64,000 bases of DNA from Schizochytrium sp. TIO01 (Eukaryota; Protista; Bigyra: Labyrinthulomycetes): positions 5,178,483 through 5,242,482 of the forward strand of contig SMSO01000032.1 of the NCBI GenBank assembly GCA_004764695.1. Reading direction: 5' to 3'. Under the pieces are notes generated by a model. It saw only the letters and a program-made list of their open reading frames with translations, was not told the origin of the DNA and did no database searches. The position numbers and the translations under genes are program-made. Numbering within the stretch: position 1 is the stretch's first letter; each line of letters starts with the position of its first letter. This document shows, in pieces, positions 39,791 to 52,789 of the stretch.

Positions 39791-41502
39791 GCTCTATGGG
39801 TATGCAGGCTAAACCTTCTACAGATTCACCTACAATCGCCTTCAAGCACGCGCCCGAGTGATTCCTGGGTATCGAAGCGTCTTTTGGTTGTCTGAGAGGT
39901 GAAAATTATTATTGTTATTGTTATTTTAAGATTAACATAATTTTTTTTTAAGGATAGTAATAATAGACAGAGAATAAACAGAGAATAAACAGAGCATATA
40001 ACAGATAAGGGTTTGGAGGCTGGGTCTGGTTTCAAGTTGAGGTGGCTTAGAGACTCCCGGAACTGCAAACAGCTTTTGGGTTGCCTGACGCAGGGATCCC
40101 GCAGCTGCGATGATGCCGGCTTCGGACGGGTTCCTCACGGAGCGGATCACGACAGATGATTTTCCCGAGGATAACAAGCGCAGTGGTTTATTTCTGTGTT
40201 CACAGTAGTAGGTACGAGTCCTGACCAAATCTAACCAACTAAATGTTTAATTTTTGTTTTATTTTATTTGAAATCGAGTGAGATATTTTTTTAAGGTTTG
40301 TTTCTGTAATGGAAGCAAAGGGCCAACTCTGAGCCTTTCATTTCGCGCATGGAATCGCTTCTGCATTTTAAAGGCCGAAGACCAATTAAAAAACCACCCG
40401 CCACCGGATGGTTGGGGTTTTTGATACGAGGGCTGCCTCACTTTAGGCCACAAGACACCGTCTTCAACAGGTTTTTGTTTCCATGCGTATCCAAATCTGA
40501 AGGCCTACTTACACTTGTCAGGGTACTTTTCAGTTTATATCAGGGTAGAACTCATCATCTTTTTGTAATTGCAAAGTGAGCTCTCTGCGCTCGAAGTGGC
40601 GACGGCACTATCTCTGCCAGCGAGTGAGCAGTGGGAGTGCCTCCTTCACATCATGGCGACACTTTTTGGCCCCAGAGCCCACCTCGTGTAAAGTCTGGGG
40701 CAGTCATTGTGCTGTAATCTTTTCTTTTTATACGTAGAATAATGCCTACCTAGAAGACCTCCTTTACGTCTGGAGCTAGTAATTTTATTTACTTATTTAT
40801 CTTAATTTTAAAGGCGTTGAAGTAGTTATCTATCTGCATTTCTCCTTCTTTTCTGTTTCCTGCATTTGGCCTTTTAGAAAAAGAAAAAGAAAAAGAAAAG
40901 AGTGAGCTGACACTTTCAACTTGGGGTAGGTAATTTTGTTTCTGCTGCTTTCGTTGTTTATCGCGTGACTTGAAACCTTAAACACAAACCAACGAAACAG
41001 AGACAAAAGCCGAGTTTGATGCACTTTCCAAGGCCTGCTACGAATAGACAGACGGTATATACTATACCTACGAAATGGGTAAGTAAGTATAGGTCCGTAC
41101 CCACCTTCGCGCTCAGATCAGAGGGCGCTGTTATAGCCCTGTGCACCTATGCACATTTGATAGATAGGCGTATGCATCATCATCATAAACGCCCGTTTGG
41201 TAGATGGTCTACGGGATGTACTCTTGGACCTACTTCGCTAATATGTGGCCACTGATAATATGTGGAGTATGGATGGCTCGCCGAAGAAATGTGATTCAAC
41301 TTGACCAGGACGCGGAGTAATGCATGCGCATGGCGCCATTCGGAGACGTGTTGAACATGTATTTGGCTGAACCGAAACCCAGGGCTCCGGAATCCATACT
41401 AGGAAAGAGCTCTGGTAGAGTTGAGGTATGACGCTGCTCAAGGGACTTGCAATAATTCGCTTCGTTGCCTTGTCGAACCAGCGGTGGTGATCTTGACAGA
41501 AC

Positions 41503-41589
41503 CCGAGTCTGAGTCTGAGTCTGAGTTTGAGTTTGAGTCCGAGTCCGAGTCCGAGTCCGAGTCCAAGCCCGAGTTTGAGTCTGAGTCTG
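41503..41589. repeat. (T[C/T][C/T]GAG)n hexamer repeat
   Basis: tctgag/tttgag/tccgag tandem units. Confidence 0.9.
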
Positions 41590-44500
41590 GGTCAGACTAT
41601 CTTCTATTCTCTTTCTGAGTTAAGATGGGCTCCTGTAGTTTTACTGGGCAAGTTACTCTTTAGGACGTAGGATTGAGCCCTCCAGGTAGTATTACTTAAT
41701 TTCATCGATGGAGATTCAAGTCTCCTCGCGATGCGCTCGAATATTGATATAATGGCATCAGCGGACTCTAAAAATCAGGAGGGTGCACTAAATTGAGTAC
41801 GCGGGTGACAGGAAAACCTCCATTAGTTCTCAATCGTGTAGTGAAGTTCCGCTCTAAAAATAGCGCTTCTTCTTCTTCTTCTTCTTCTTCTTCTTTCTTA
41901 TATTAATTTTATATACCAGTTAAAAGAATAATTATTATTTTAACTTTAATATATATATAGGGGCCAATATTTAGGCTTGTATGTATACCTCTATATTTTA
42001 TGATATCTAGTCAAGGAAGGAGATTTTACTTTCACAAATCTTAAAGGTGTCATTTGTTTCGGAAGTGTGCCGGCAGGGATTTAGAACTATTAAACAAACC
42101 ATGTTATTGAGCACACTCAGTTATTGGTTCATGCCGGGACTTTGAACATAAACTTTTACCTCCAAATTAATACCGAGACAAACTTAGCTGATGCTTTCTT
42201 TCATATATTTTAAACAGGGGATTACACTAAAACCACAGAAGACCTTAACACAGCAGAGGGGGAGAAGGGAACAACCATCTATACCTTTCTTAAGTCCTTA
42301 GAAAAAAATATCATGGTTAGATATTGTCTCTCTGAGGACATGTTCGTATCAGACTACGATGCAGAAGCATTGAATTATTTGTTCTTATCTAGTAATTTGC
42401 GATTTTTTTTAATTTTATTTTTAACTGCGAAAAGTCTATTGTTTAAAAGGCCTTGACATTCATAACTCGAGTCTTCGTATAGTAAGAATCTTCAAGGCAG
42501 ACCTCAGAGGCCGTCCATTGCCAAGACCACAACTTCGCCTCCCCAGTAAGAGGAAGAAGAGCGAGCTCAGAAGTATTGGTCAGATAACTCGATCTTAGCG
42601 TTACACTTATTGTAAGTAGTGCTGGAGCGAAATAAATAAATGTCTGTCGTTGTCGCTTCTTGTTCAGCTTTTTTTTTTTTTTTCCTTTTTCTCTTCCTTA
42701 ACTTGCATGTTGGTTTCGGATTCAACTTTTTAAAATTTGAATTAAATAATAATGATTTAAAGGTTTTTTGAAATCTTTTTTTTTCTGAAGCCGCTCATAC
42801 TTGCACTCTCAGTACCATGTCGCCTAGGACAGTTAAGTTGGAAGGGTTGCTGAATGGAGGCCATGATCGAAAACACACAAATTAAGCTCATTATAATGAT
42901 TAATGATTCTCTAATTTCATGAAGGTCCAGCTTAAATATGTCTAGTCTTGTTATGCTATTTTTATATTTTATCTATTTATTTTTTATTATTTAATAATAA
43001 TAATTTTTATAAATATTATTTTAATAATAATAAAAGCAGCTCCAGGCTCGAGACTCAGATTGGGCGATGCAAAACACAGCTTCACTGCAGATTAGCCTCT
43101 GGATTGTTTACTCTCCAGCCATCATACCTCCTTTTTTATTAGACCCCCTGGCCTACTGCTACTGCATATCAGTCTACCACGATTTGTAATCGATTGCAGC
43201 AGACACTTTCCCAACCACGACAGTCTGAAATGACCGGTTCTAAAAGTAGTGTGTGCGACCCCATCCCTGGGACAACGTCTAGATGAATGGTGAAGACATG
43301 GGTAACAACGCAATGGATTTATACATTTCGAATAAATATCCAATAAATTAAAAAAGCGCTCAATAGTGTTTCGAAGGTTAAGTCAACCACAAGGTCATTA
43401 AAATATGTGAAAAGTTTGTTCAAGTCATATTATAACCAATTTACTTGGATTTTTCATTTTGTTTGTTTCAACAAGTCAAACGTAGAAGAGCGCCGAGCAA
43501 AATAGACATCTGATTCTACTTGTATCCGGCTTACTAACCCGCCAAAATCGGTGCCCACCTCCACCCCCAGCCCAGGCGTGTATGTCTGATTGATGCTTCG
43601 TTCTTTGCTACTCAGGAAAACTTCTTAATTTTGTTCTTCAACTATAAATCTAGCAGGTATGTCTCATCACCTCGTGTACACAGTAGTAGTAGTAGGATTT
43701 ACCAACAAGTACAGAAACAAACCATCGACAAAGCTCAATAATAAACAAGAAACAAAAAAGCTGAAATTTAATCTTGGCTTTTAACTTTGTACTGTCAACT
43801 CCTGACCAAGTATTGCTTTTTTAACTTTTTATCATATGAGGTTACACAGGCAGTAGAAACTACTGTTACGCAGGGTGCTGTGATGAGTTTAGGAGGCGAG
43901 CTTTGAAGTATTTTCAGCTCAGATTGAAATTCATGAAGCGGAGTGAAAGTCTGGTGAATTTAGGGAACTTAGTCTGGCTTGCATGCTCTTTGTACTTGGA
44001 TGTTAGATGTGCTCTACGTGATATACTAAGACACGCGTAATGCATTCATATCTTATGCCTCGGCACCGAATGAAAGAGTGAGATTGGCTTTTTTTTTTTT
44101 TTTTTTTTTTAATAAGAAAAAATGTTTTTATGGTTTTTATATCTATTTTAAATGAGAAAACAAAAAATGTATTAGTTTGACATTTTAATTTCTTCAATGA
44201 TCCTTTTGTAGCCGCACAGCTAGCAAGATTCACGCGTAACTGCAAAAAGAGAGAGTAGGGCTCCAGAGACTGCTTCGTATTTAAAACGTGTCTATAGCCC
44301 CGGGTCTAGGATGAAGAGAGTACGGATTTGGGAATGAGTGGCTAACTTTTCCTAAGTTGTGATGTTAGACAGGGAAAGCCAGAGGCAAAGTAAGGAGACG
44401 AGCATAAAAAACGTTTGTTAATTTTTTTATTAGAAAAAGTTATAGAATATATAATACTTCGTTTTAATCTTTAAAACATTCTTTTAAATAAAAATGAGCA

Positions 44501-44619
44501 AAAAGAAAACATAACAAAGTAAAGGCATGTAACAATTGAGAGTTAGGTTCGGAATATACGAATCTGAAAAATATGGAGCCATATACTATCAAAATAGCCC
44601 CAGCCATTCAATAGTACAA

Positions 44620-44706
44620 CATCAAAATTAAAATCAAAATCAAAACCAAAACCAAAATCAAAACCAAAACCAAAACCAAAACCAAAACCAAACCAAAACC
44701 AAAACG
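44620..44706 (+). repeat. (CAAAA[C/T])n hexamer tract upstream of paralog 4
   Basis: Tandem caaaac/caaaat units ending about 105 bp before ATG 44812. Confidence 0.92.
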
Positions 44707-44811
44707 CAAGCGCAAGCGACTCTAAGGATTTGCATCGACGAGAGCATTGTGCAATTCTGGCTCAACTAAAGAAGTTTATTGCTCTTACGGTTTTACAGTG
44801 GATTGTAAACC

Positions 44812-46680
44812 ATGCAATCTACTAAAAGCATGCTCTGGCTAGCAGTTCTGGCAACTCTGGCAGTCTTTACGAATGGTTGCGCAGAGTCAGGTGTTACATG
44901 CACGGGCAAGCTCATCAAGATCAAAGGTGCCACGACCACGGTTTGTGGCGATCCAAGCGAATGCTCAGCTGTGTGCTCTGAATACGATGAATGTGTTGCA
45001 TGGACTTACAACGTCAACAACAACAAATGCTCCATCTATGCGACACGTACAAGCACCAAGAAGAACTCCAAGTATGTAACAGGCTCTCGCGACTGCGACG
45101 GAGAGACCACTAGCGAAGGTAACACCCCTGCTCCTACTTTGGCGCCTACACCTGAGCCGACAGAATGTTCAACTTGGCGATATGGCATGTTTGTTGGGTC
45201 TGGAGATGTATTTATGCTATCCAAGGGGGGTGTTGCCGAGCCGGAGGACTGCGAAGCGCTTTGTGCTGCGGAAACGGACTTTAAATGTGTTTGCTGGTCG
45301 CACCACCGCAACGGAGCATCCAAGAACAGAATTTGCGAGCTTTACAAGACCCGACCCAAATTTGTTGAGCAGCCTCAATCGAGCAAGTGGACATCTGGCC
45401 CGTTTGCCTGCCCCACTGCTAACCCCACTGCTAAGCCAACTTCCTACCCGACAGACGCTCCAACACGCTCCCCTACTCCGGAACCTACTGCCTTCCCGAC
45501 AGACGCTCCAACACGCTCCCCTACTCCGGAACCTACTGCCTTCCCGACAGACGCTCCAACACGCTCCCCTACTCCGGAACCTACTGCCTTCCCGACAGAT
45601 GCTCCAACACCCTTCCCTACTCCGGAACCTACTGCCTTCCCGACAGTCGCTCCCACTGATGCTCCAATCACAGTTGAAGAGTTGACACCTGCTCCTACTT
45701 CAGCTCCAATCTATCAGTGCACTGGGCGAGAGCTTGACATTATGTGGATTATGGACAACAGCGCTTCCATCGATCAAAATAGTGGAAAGGGATCGGCGGT
45801 TCTTCAGGAACTTCTGCCTCGTCTGGCCGATGCTTACACGCTCTCAAATGCAAAGACACGTTTTGCCGGGCTCGCGTACAGTACAAAAATTCGTGGCGTT
45901 TCATCAGCTATTAGCAGTACTAAACCCGTTGGTACGAGCCCATTCAATTCGTAAGTTTTCAAAGATTCTAATCCGGCAGAAGGTTGTTTGTTTCTGCGGC
46001 CTAAAGTGGAAATGTATATACTGAAAAGTTATACGCTACGCGAATACCATACTGACTTTTTCATTCGAATGTGATGTAATAACTACAGGGAATCAGCTAT
46101 TTCACCATTTAACTTTGCGATGGACCAGTCTCTGAACACGGGTGGAAAATGGGACGCCTTTGCAGCTGCAATGACTGGAAATGGAAACACTAACACCCCA
46201 CAAGCTTTGCAGGCCGCAAACTACATAATGGGTCTTAGCTCTGCGAATGGAGGCCCTCGCAGCAGTGCTATTAAGATTGTGATTCTCTTTACAGATGGTA
46301 ACCCCAACATGCGAGCATACACATCTTGTGGTGACATCCCAACAGATGATAGTTCTAATACAGTTTCAGATATGAAAGACATGGCATGCACGGAATGGCT
46401 AGTATATCAGCTCATCAACAACAATGATGTCTACTTCATCAACGTGCAGATTGGTAAGGACATCAAGGCTAAATTTCTCCAATACTGCCTGGATCTTCCC
46501 GCTGTGAATGGTAACCAACCACTCCCGATTCAAACCATCAAGGCTACCTTCGACAATATCCAAGACACAGTCGACAATATCATCCAAGCTAGTTGCATTG
46601 ACTCGACGTTTGCAACACCTCAGGACGTAACTTTCAAGTACACAACTGCAAATACTTGCGCCAACCAAAATACTCTTTAA
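44812..46680 (+). CDS. Secreted PAN/Apple x2-PT stalk-vWA protein, paralog 4 (exons 44812-45950, 46089-46680; about 576 aa)
   Basis: Signal peptide; two PAN-like domains; about 4 x 16-aa PTDAPTRSPTPEPTAF repeats; vWA with DIMWIMDNSAS, TNTP and IVILFTDG. Intron GTAAGT(45951)...TACTGAC(46050)...TACAG(46088). Confidence 0.9.
45448..45645 (+). repeat. Coding 48-bp tandem repeat, about 4 units
   Basis: Unit ccgacagacgctccaacacgctcccctactccggaacctactgccttc. Confidence 0.93.
45951..46088 (+). other. Spliceosomal intron, phase 2 (paralog 4)
   Basis: Canonical signals; splicing restores the frame to ATG 46120. Confidence 0.9.
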
Positions 46681-48301
46681 TGTCTCAATCTCGCAAATGA
46701 AGAAATCTTACTTTTAACGATACACTATTTTCTTAAGATTGCACAGAGAGGTCGCTCAAACAGGCATGCTTTGACATGTGGTTTCGCGCTGATCTTGCTG
46801 GAGCGGTTTTTTAAATGTGTAAGCAAAACAAATGAGGTTCTTACCCACCAAATAACCATGTAGACAATGCATGGCGGAATGCTCTGTGCCCAGCCTGATA
46901 AACAATAATGGAGTAGACTGTTTTGAAATCAGTGCAAACAGTCATATTGTAATAAGGCAACTCCTGGGACATACTGAGCAATACATATACCGATTTTAAA
47001 GCAAAGTCTGAAGTAATGACCTTGGAGAAGAAAATACGAAACTAAACGCTTCATATCTGTACCATGCAAACGATATCTCTTTTCATCTAGTTAATGTAAA
47101 TTGAATTGCGTCAAAGAAAATAAGGGTTTGTAGATCGTTAAATCTTAGGATTTTCTTCCCCAAACCGTTTTCAACCATTTTTAACTAATCACAGCTCGCC
47201 TTTACCATCTAAGGCAAGCCCCCTATACTCAAAAAAACAACTTTCAGCACTAACAAATAGAGTATAGATACCTCCAACTATTTAGCGATACTTCATCTAT
47301 GTGTTTTGCTGGACTATGAAGTGGGGAAACCTGCAGTTAAGCTTAATTATGTTGCGGAGGCTTCGCAACGCATACTCTTTTCCCATGAATATCCGCTCCC
47401 AATTTTTATTATATAAATAGTTTATATATCTTGTTACGAGCACTGAAAAAAAAATTAAGATCTTCGATCGAGGGAATTTGTCGACAAGACTTCACCAGAG
47501 TTCAGGGCAGCCTTTGGTCAAGACCTCATGGGCACAAGGCTTGCAATAGAATAAAACTAGACAAGTAGACTTACATGGTTGAGAAAGTAAGAATTAAAAG
47601 TGTGACTGCACATTTCCTATAACCATTTATGGTGCAACTTGAATTGATGGCTGAAGAGGTTGTGTTAACCTAACCCGTCAATTTTTATCTAACACAGTTC
47701 AAGGATGCTGGATCCTCCTAACTCTTACATGAATTAGTCTGCCTTGATATTCGTTTCGCAAGGGCAGCAGCTCGCTGACTCTTAAATCTAACCTTCCCAA
47801 AGATTCTTGGCTTCATCTTCATTGTCAACCTCCAGCTGACCAGATTTATCCTACAGGACTATAGAAAATTCTTTAAATGTAATACAATTACAAAACATCA
47901 CGTGGCAACGGTGCAATTACCTGGTATGGTTTCACACCCCAAAAAAGATTTTTTACATGCACTTCATTGTCGTACGTATGGAGAGTTTGAATCCTGGCGA
48001 AACTATGTAGGCCAAAATTAATACGTGAATATTTGTGCCACATTATGAATGACTATGAAAGCCTATTTAGCCTCTATCGAAGCATTCCGCGTGTTTGAAC
48101 AGTTCCATTTTTGATTCAGCAGTTCATGGCATCAACACTGCCATATGTTTCAACGGTTTATACATAAGATATTATTTTCGTCTTATTTTCGTCTTAAAAG
48201 ATAGAAACTTTTAAACCAACAATGTAATTTCTTGAAAGGGTAGAATAAACAAACAATCAAACAACGAAACATAAAGTTATTTAGTCTGGTATTTACATCG
48301 T

Positions 48302-50248
48302 CTACTCATGCAAGGTAGATGACGAGGGGTCGATTTTAGCTTCATCTGAAGGGCTCAAAGCTGTAACCTCTTGTTGGTCTTTTTTAATGTCAAATCGTGC
48401 CACTACGGTGCACACAATTCCTAAAATAAGTGCGTAAATTCCAAGAAGAATAAAGGGAGCTTGAACAATCCAGTCATCGAATAAACGACCTCCTGCGTAG
48501 GAAATGAAGATAATACCAAGAGAACCAACAAAAGAGTACATGCCTGCAATTCCGCCCCGCTGTTGGGGATGGTAAGTCATCTGACGAGCAACAGCGATTT
48601 GAGCAACCACCACAAGACCAATTTCGCCCACTCCCCAGATCATAGCAATTCCATAGGTACTGGTTGCAGTTGGGTCCGAGATCGCCAGCGTACATAGATA
48701 CCCAATACCGGCAAAAACAGCTGCTACGGCTAGAGCATTATAAATGTTTTTAAAGCGTCCACCGTAGTATCCAATCCAGATTGCTGCAATGAGACCAAGA
48801 GCTTGAGCAGTACCAGTAATTCGCGAAGCTCTTGTATAGGCGCTTGGACACGCCTGTTTACTGAGATTCTCCAACAACTCGCCACAGACAGAGGAATCGC
48901 CAGTTGTGGACTCTACACAAAGTCCTGACTCCTGGTATTGTAACGCAACCCACAACGGAAGGTATGTAGTCACCACCACTGTAGCACCGCGAGCAGCGAA
49001 ACCTGAGAGATAAGAAACAAGTAAATGAGGATCCTTCCGAGAAATTTGATATAGTTCAATGAGACGTTCTTTGAGAGGGCGCCTCTCAACCAATTTTTCA
49101 AGCTCACCGTTGTCATCAGAAACTACAGCACGATTGTCCACAGCCCAAAAAGTCAAAGCAATCATAAGAAGTGGCATAATCATGTAAATGTAATATGCTG
49201 CCTCGAGACAAGTTGCTGTGGCTACTGGTCCCATGAAAACAAAGACTCCAACAAGAGCTCCGCAACCAGAGGCAACTCCTACCAAGCCAGTACCAAGTCC
49301 AAGTGAAGAGCTCGCTACCACGTCGGCGAGAATGATTGTCATTCCGCAAGTGAGGGATGAAGAACCGAACGCAAATATGATGCGTGCCATGAGGAGTCCT
49401 GGGTAAATCGTATTACCATTTGGAAAGACAATGAGCGAAATGATGGTAAGACCAAGTCCGCCAACAAGAAGCACTCGGCGACCGAAACGATCTGCTACAA
49501 ATCCCCAAAACAATACGCCTACCATAGAAAAGAGTTCATCGACCACGCCTAGCGTGCCGGTCAGCGTACCAAATTCGTCAGAACTCGCTCCGTAGATGTC
49601 GGCAAGAAGAAAGGCTTGCATTCCATTGACAAAAGCAAGGGTCATGATGGCAATAAAGCACAAAAAGAGGAGTGCTGCAAAATGCCGAAAAGTCTTGCCT
49701 GGGTTCAAATCAACCGCTTTCTTAGGGTTAATATTAAGTCCCCTTTTTTTTCGCCAGCATAGCCAACATCCACACACAGATCCAACCAAGACAAAAATCG
49801 CAAGGAAGACAAGACCAATAAAAAGTCTAAGGTTTGCCAGGATCCAATTGCTGCTTCCTTCAACGGTGTCATAAGCATCAAGCAACACGCAAGTTTGGGC
49901 TGCTTGGGATGCAATACCACTCATCACGTCCGGATTGTAGTAGTTGCATGGTTCGCTCGTGCTGTTGACCTGAAGTGCATCAGGGTCCGTAAGGTAAGTC
50001 GTGTTATCACAAAGGTAAAGAACTTGGCTTCCACTCGCCGCCGTACGTAGGCGTTCAATAATATCATTCACCACATTACCATCCTCATCAAGCTCTGCGC
50101 ATCCAACTGCTTGGCATAACTTATAGTCAATACCTACTAAGCTCGAATACGAGTTGTATCCATAAGCAATCAGGCAATAGGTGTCACAGCTTGTTTCAAC
50201 AAGATAGCCATGGTTTTCAGTTGTGGAGTCAACACATGTAAACGTCAT
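48302..50248 (-). CDS. Major facilitator superfamily transporter with an extra N-terminal Cys-rich domain and an additional TM helix (about 648 aa)
   Basis: First in-frame ATG at 50248; MFS motif A GFVADRFGRR; about 12 hydrophobic segments plus one upstream helix (FIGLVFLAIFVLVGSVCGCWLCW); GGRLFD in the C-terminal half. Confidence 0.9.
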   Translation of the reverse strand: MTFTCVDSTTENHGYLVETSCDTYCLIAYGYNSYSSLVGIDYKLCQAVGCAELDEDGNVVNDIIERLRTAASGSQVLYLCDNTTYLTDPDALQVNSTSEPCNYYNPDVMSGIASQAAQTCVLLDAYDTVEGSSNWILANLRLFIGLVFLAIFVLVGSVCGCWLCWRKKRGLNINPKKAVDLNPGKTFRHFAALLFLCFIAIMTLAFVNGMQAFLLADIYGASSDEFGTLTGTLGVVDELFSMVGVLFWGFVADRFGRRVLLVGGLGLTIISLIVFPNGNTIYPGLLMARIIFAFGSSSLTCGMTIILADVVASSSLGLGTGLVGVASGCGALVGVFVFMGPVATATCLEAAYYIYMIMPLLMIALTFWAVDNRAVVSDDNGELEKLVERRPLKERLIELYQISRKDPHLLVSYLSGFAARGATVVVTTYLPLWVALQYQESGLCVESTTGDSSVCGELLENLSKQACPSAYTRASRITGTAQALGLIAAIWIGYYGGRFKNIYNALAVAAVFAGIGYLCTLAISDPTATSTYGIAMIWGVGEIGLVVVAQIAVARQMTYHPQQRGGIAGMYSFVGSLGIIFISYAGGRLFDDWIVQAPFILLGIYALILGIVCTVVARFDIKKDQQEVTALSPSDEAKIDPSSSTLHE

Positions 50249-50410
50249 GAGTTTCTTCTTGCTCAGTAAGATACGATCACCTTCTCTCTCTCTAACGTAT
50301 TTGTTCAAAATTCGTAGAGTTGTCTTCTAGACTTCCTCTGCTTCAACCCTGATCAAAGCCTTGATCTTGAAACTTGCAACCCCAAGATTCCTCGAAAGGT
50401 GCAATTGTAC

Positions 50411-50424
50411 GTTTTGGTTTTGCT
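50411..50424 (-). promoter_or_regulatory. Putative promoter/5' leader motif AGCAAAACCAAAAC
   Basis: On the MFS sense strand, about 163 bp upstream of ATG 50248. Confidence 0.4.
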
Positions 50425-52789
50425 GGTATTAGGTACTCCTTTTCTCTGCCGGATCCTGAAGAACTACAGTTTGTTAAGTATGAGGGAGGTAGCTGGCGCT
50501 TGCAGAAAACATCGATTAGCCTTGTTTGAGCTGAGGAATTGCTGTATGTACTCGGAGAATGCTCACTCTACCTCTGTTGGTACGTAGCGGGTTGACGTTG
50601 AATCGGCCGTCTCCTTTCAACTGACCTTAAGACGCAACAAGTATCATGGGTCTTGGGATTTCTAGCGTCTGAAACATCTATCCATCAGACATCCTTAGGT
50701 AAGTAAGTAAACTCAATAGAAAATACCAAGGAGGGTTCTTCCTTGGTTGCATTGCATTGAAAGCGCGACTTACTCCTACAATATCAAATCTAGCGCTATC
50801 AATCAATCAATCCATCAATTAACACACTGCAAAACACCTTATCTCAGGTCCTGCACGTGCGCAAGGATGTTTCAGTGCTCGCATATGTTATGTGCACCCA
50901 ATCTTAGAAACCTTACTCAGTAGTGCAGATGCCTGACCTACTACCTAGGCTGCGTTTCGAGCTCGAGCATTGCAACCCTGTATCGGCGAGCGACCAAAAG
51001 CAAAACCTGCGACAGTGGATGTGTGCACAAGAAAACCAATGGAAGCACGCACGCTCGTGCTCAGGTCGGAAGTGTAATAAGCATTTCGACGTCAGGTGAG
51101 TTTTTGCGACTTCAATTTGCAGATCAAAGTTGCGAAGGCTCGGGAGACGGGCTTTCGTGGAGTCCTGCACTTTCTTCCTCCAGATTGTTTCCATCTTCCT
51201 CTGGTCTGGTCGTGAGAGTGTGCTCCTTAAGAGGGAATAAAGGCTTCACTTCACGCGGTTGCCCATCCTCACATCACGGGCATGCCATGGACCGAGCCCT
51301 GCGCGAGAGAGACTCGTAGGAAAGGGGCCTTTTACTTCGATGGCCTGCAACTTAATTCGCTGCGACCCTAAATTAGAGGCGCAATACTTCTTCGCGCTTT
51401 GGAGGAAACGTAGAAAACCAGGGTAAAAAAGCAGGCCTGATCTCCTGCCTAGAATCTCGAAGTTGTTTCCCCTTTGAGTCAAGACATGGTGTTAGAAAAG
51501 GACTTGAAAGTTCCCTGCCGCTCTAAACGTGGAACTTGTGACAGCACCATCGTATCAACTCCCACCCGTGTTTTCTGAATAACGCCATGGCCTTGCGAAT
51601 AGCAACCCACCAGCTCAAACGAGGGAAATGCACATCATCACCACCTGCGTATACCTACCTAGCATTTTTCAAGTGAAAGATCTTTCATTTGCTGCAGCCG
51701 TCTACTTCGCTGCGTCTTCTCTTGTTTCAACTCAGAGTCGAGCAACCTCGGGCCCACAGCCTGAGTCCATTCATACATCTCCTGGCCTTGAAGTGGCTTT
51801 CTCTGCACCTATTTTTCAATCAGAGAAACCTCTTCAGTCTGATGCCTTCCGGGTCTTTGCTATGTGTATCAGGAAAAACTTCAGACTGGTGGCCAGGGAG
51901 CATGGAGCTACCGCTTTCCTTCTCCTTTTCCTGACTTTGGCTCACCAAAACAGTGGCAGATAGATCGCTTTCAGGCAAGACCTCAAGGTATTTCAAGGTT
52001 GCGTTTCGACTCAGACAGAAATACGATCTGTCAAAAGACAGAGAATAGCTAGCTAGGTCTTGAAACAAAAGCCAATCATTTATTTTAAAAATAGATTGCC
52101 CACCTCGCGATGTGATGACACAACTTCAGGTCGGTGTCGACCGAGTTGATGTATAAGATTGTGCACACCTCCCCTACTTTTACTTTTTCCCATCAATAGG
52201 CGCCAACTTTCAGAGAAATGCTGGCATGGGGTTTGACTGCATCAGATATCCACACGTTCGAGCCACCAACCTATCTGTCGAGCAGGTGCAGGAGCCCCAA
52301 ATGCAAAGCATTCAAGGATTTGAGACGCGTTCTGACGAAGACTTTGTAGTTTCCACCATTCACGAGAGAAGGGACCAACAAAAGTGGGAAAAACGCTTTT
52401 GGCACCTTTTACGAGATCTAATTCGTCGCTCTTTTCAAGCTTTTCATTTCTTTTTACTTCTTCTTCTTCCTGAGAAGAATGGAAAGAAGCCCTGTCTCAG
52501 AAGATTGCATGAAGGAATGCATTCATTTCCAACCACGCGATTTAAGGGCCGATCAAAACTTGCTCGAGCCTAGATCCTTCTGCCGTGCAGTGCAGCGAAA
52601 ACCAACCAGAGCAGAGCAGAGCAGAGCAGAACCTCCACCTCCGGCGGAGACCATATCGTCCATCTTCACCTCACGATGCATCAGATTGGCCAGCCAATGC
52701 GCAATCCAACTAACTAACTTCCTCTGTCTGTACCTTCTGCCCACGCCGTGACAGTCAGTCTCGCGGGTTCCCTTAAGTCTCGTGCACTC

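Noticed and set aside
47978-47998. atggagagtttgaatcctggc, resembling the 5' end of bacterial 16S rRNA (27F site)
   Set aside because: Contains an insertion and the flanks show no further rRNA similarity; treated as chance.
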